A stretch of DNA of 64,000 bases from NCBI GenBank assembly GCA_035221665.1, contig CM069152.1, forward strand, positions 16,492,001 to 16,556,000. The letters run 5' to 3'. Within the stretch, counting starts at the first letter, position 1; each line of letters starts with the position of its first letter. The translations under genes were made by a program, and so were the position numbers. A model generated the notes under the pieces. It worked only from the letters and a program-made list of their open reading frames with translations. It searched no databases and was not told the origin of the DNA. Positions 60,201-64,000 of the stretch are shown one piece after another. The DNA comes from Okamejei kenojei. Its lineage: Eukaryota.

Positions 60201-62929
60201 CCTTTTCTGTGGAAATCCACTAGTCAAAGAGCAACGATAAACAGTCCCCATACCCTGGATTACATTTAACTGTCAATGCGTTAAAAACAGATGATCCTGT
60301 TATTTTATTTCCAGTGGTGTGGTCTCACTGTGCACAAACTGTCACAAATCACCTCTTATTTAGTGTGGTGCTGGCTTGAAGGGCTGAATGGCCTACTCCT
60401 GTATGTATTGTCTAATTACACTTCAAATGCACTTAAATGCCGTTTCAAGCTTTGAAATGTACTGACATTATGATAGCCACCATGTACTTGAAGGTTAATC
60501 CTTTCTCTCATCATACATGGTGGGTCATAGTCGCATTTAATGTGCTATTAGAAAAGCCATATGGGCATGTGAATAATGTACAGACCCCAAATAGGATTTT
60601 TGAAAATACAATGACAATAAATAAATTCCCAGTCAACGTCTTGAGTAGTTGCAACTTCAACACAATCATACAACATATTCAAATTTAATACACAGTGCAA
60701 TAATTTCAACGATTATTCAATTCATGGACTGTTCATTCTACTTTTAACTATCCTATATCTATGGGGTTAATACGTCAGTTGAGAGGGTAAGAAAAATACA
60801 ATTCCCCATTTTCTCTGAAGCTTTATCTTTATTTTTACATTAAGATTTCTCCAACCCATCCTATAATAAAGGAAAGCAAAAAGCATATTCAATGAGAAGC
60901 ATTGCATTCTAGTTGCAAAAACTCTCATAGCAGGGGAAGGAAGGGTTTTATTAAGATAGGGCATAGGCTGGAGAATGGTAAGGATGTTAAGAAAGTAATA
61001 ATCGATAGGAATCATATATTGTAGATCAACGGCACTTAATCAATACTAAGCCCGGTTTAATAAAGCGTAACATTTAACTCTAAAGAGTTCCTCTATTTGT
61101 TTATCTGGAACACTTCCTTCTGTGGTTGGGGGTGTGAATACAAGGGAGGAAAGCCAGGAGAACACATATCAGCAATGTGTTAATCATTAAAGTACGATAA
61201 GCCAGAGAAGGAATAAACTACTATCAGTAAACTACTATCAGTGAATGTTTTGCAAAAAGAATCATCCAGAACTAAGCATCCTAGTTATCTTGGAGGGAAT
61301 CTCCAAACACAGAAAGATGACAGCACTCGGAGGTCGAGAGGTCTGCACAGTGACATCTATCAATATACAAAAATTGCCTGAGAATGCCTATGCAGAATTC
61401 TGCCATGCCACATAACCCCCATGATAACAATCAAGCAAATTTTACCTGCAGTGAGGTTTACTTTGGAATTAAAGGCGCCACCCTTTGGAGGTTAGTGTTA
61501 GATAATGCGGCATCCTTCAAGTAATTGGAAACTTTAACTCTATATCATTATTCATGGTCTTACCATCATTGTCATCACAACCTCACGATAACCCCTATCT
61601 CACCTTCCCTTCACCCCATGTTGCTGGTGTCCACCCTCGTCCAAATCCCTGAGACTCAGCCAGCCTCCACTCAACATCGCTTACTGTATGTCCCTGCATC
61701 AGCCTCCTCCAAAGTAGTCATCAGTCCTGATTCTCCCTCCATCTTCCACTTACATGCTATCCTCCCTTCAATCCCCCACCCAACTAACCTTTCCTATCTC
61801 CAACTCTTCTTCTACCATCTTTGTTCTCTGTAATGTTGGAAAACTGCAGATGACACCTTGTGTGACACAGAATACCCACATCCACCTATCAAAATGTTCA
61901 CTTTTAGAACACTAGGCCAAACATTGCAGCAGCCAAACTTTGCCTATGGCTGTTAGTTTTGGGGACTCTGATTTAATTTACCAATGTTAAAATTGAGCCA
62001 CAGTAAAATATCCCAACTACCTAAACCTGCAGATGCACTTTCCAGATATCAGAATACATGTTGCCAAGCTCTACTCTTCAGAAATTTAATTGATTGATAA
62101 ACACAATGACACCAGAAGACACTCAACAGAATTCCCATCCAAGGTTTGCCTGAATGCTGGTAGAATGCTGGCAGCATCTCTGGAGAGAAGGAATGGGTGA
62201 CGTTTCGGGTCGAGGCCCTTCTTCTCTGGGTTCAATCCAGATTGCAGAGGAGACTGTTCCTACAAATGTCCTTTTGACATTGGGGGGGGGGGGGGAAAGC
62301 ACTAACTGAAACTAATATTTATTTACTGTCTTTATCCTCAATAAAGCAGTCTTTGTTTGGACTCCTCAATGTAGAGAAATGTAAGCAAAAAAAAGTGTGT
62401 ACTAGATTCACATGAATTGCCATTTCACCTTCAAACAGTGTTTGCACCAGATTGTAGATATGGGGTAAGAGGACCAGTGGTACATCTTCTCCGATTGTAT
62501 TTTGAGGAGCAATGGTAAGGAATTAGCAGCATGGGTTTGTTGGTACAATTAAGTGAACTTATGCCTTTATCATTCCTTTTGTAAATTCATCATTTCTGCC
62601 TTCCACTTTGACATACCTCTTCCTTTTTAATCTTTCTCCCCTCCCCATTTCTGTATCCTCAATATTGATTTGCCTCCATCTTTTTTTTTGACAGTTTGAC
62701 GTTAACTCGGAAATAGTAACTCTTTCTCCATTAATTTCCACACAATTGGGGAGCAATTATATCATTTCACTTTTAATTCCGACTTAAAGCTTGTGTATTG
62801 TTTTGATTTTGTATTTCCAATAAGCAAGCATGGTCAAGATGATCCGACTGACCAAATTTGGTGCAATATGGTGCTGAATTTTAAACTCTGTATGAGGCCT
62901 TGTTATGCACATATTCTGTTGGTGATTAC

Positions 62930-63253
62930 CTGTCAATGGTTTGCTGCTATATTGCAGCTGGCCGTTGGTCACTGCCTGCACAGTAACGGCACTGCTTCCC
63001 GTTTGGCTTGTGATTACCGATGTTGTAGTCCCAGCTGTTGATGGTAGCTGCTGGCCCCTCTTCAGCAGTTGCTTTTGCTCCTGGTGTCGAAAGCGTGGCG
63101 GTACTTCACGAGGAGGATATCGAGACAAGGCTTGCTGCTGAGTGTTGGCTGGGTCCCGCTTGGCATTGCTATTGTTGCTGGTATTTATGGAAGTGCCGCT
63201 GTTAGAGTTGGCAGGCTGAAGCTGGCTTTGACTGGTCTTAGATGGTGCTGGCA
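62930..63253 (-). CDS. TNRC6A: TNRC6A exon, N-terminal region; most 5' exon in window
   Basis: ttccctcaag|TG CCA ... ACA G|gtaatc. Encodes [22 protein letters not shown]...[24 protein letters not shown], phase 1->1. Confidence 0.94.
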
Positions 63254-64000
63254 CTTGAGGGAAAGAAAAAAAATATGTTAATGTCTACTGCATGGATATC
63301 TCACTAAATATTTACTTCATGACAAATGGTTAAAACATGTGAATATATGTACATGAATACACATGTTCACGCTTGTACATGTATTCATTCTGAATCTGAA
63401 TAATAGTATTCACAAATTTCTGAAAAATATTAGCAATGGATGGTAAAAGTCAAGAGCGCTTTTCTATATTAAAAAAAGATACTATGGAATGTCCATTGTT
63501 CCATTTTTATGGGTTTAGTTTTCAGGCAGGAAAGAATGGGCTCCTCAAATGCAGTCAAACGTCTGCATCTTGCAAAAAGAAAAATCTATTTATATAAATT
63601 ACAACACAGCAACTCAACTAAAAATGTGGAACCTGACACAGGAACCCACACAGTTGATTTTAATCCATACATGATGCAGATGAGGTTGTACGATCACCAG
63701 AATAACTTTCTGCATTTACTAAAACGACAGCAGAAACATCTCAACCTATAGTATACTATCTTTAAGTTGATTTAATATTACATTAAGAGTGCAACACTAT
63801 GAAATAACCGTAGTTTCAAAATATTTTTACTAATTTGTAATCTGAAGATATCCATCAGAGTAAAACCAATAATGCAGATTGGAAATATATGCCTTGATAC
63901 ATAAATGGACGTTTAGTGGATTCCCCATGCAGTATGATTTTATTAAAAAATACTGAGACATAAGAGATGCAGATGCTGGAATGAACACATTGCAAAACTG

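Overview
This is vertebrate genomic DNA, not prokaryotic. The repeat families (tRNA-derived V-SINE/HE1-like SINEs, CR1 LINEs, Penelope-like elements) point to a cartilaginous fish, probably a skate or ray (inference). Two intron-containing genes converge tail-to-tail near 16 kb. On the minus strand lie 20 phase-consistent coding exons (about 1,989 codons; 5' end outside the window) of TNRC6A/GW182, the Argonaute-binding scaffold of miRNA silencing, with a ~1.6 kb 3'UTR rich in miRNA seed matches. On the plus strand lie the last 6 exons of an unnamed type I membrane protein (SEA - EGF-like x2 - TM - ~169-aa tail). Introns are dense in transposons, including a nested complex at 32.6-37.5 kb: a Tc1 element split by two CR1 LINEs, one of which carries a CpG-rich MITE and an L2-like fragment. 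Best leads: (1) a 459-bp MITE built like a portable CpG promoter, with a 32-bp hairpin, sitting in front of a CR1 RT ORF; (2) a candidate 33-nt basic microexon at the position of the human TNRC6A NLS; (3) Penelope-derived fold-back elements with hammerhead ribozyme cores; (4) the unnamed SEA/EGF receptor; (5) candidate extra in-frame TNRC6A exon segments. Exon boundaries were read by eye, repeat boundaries are approximate, and homology statements come from recalled sequences, not database searches.
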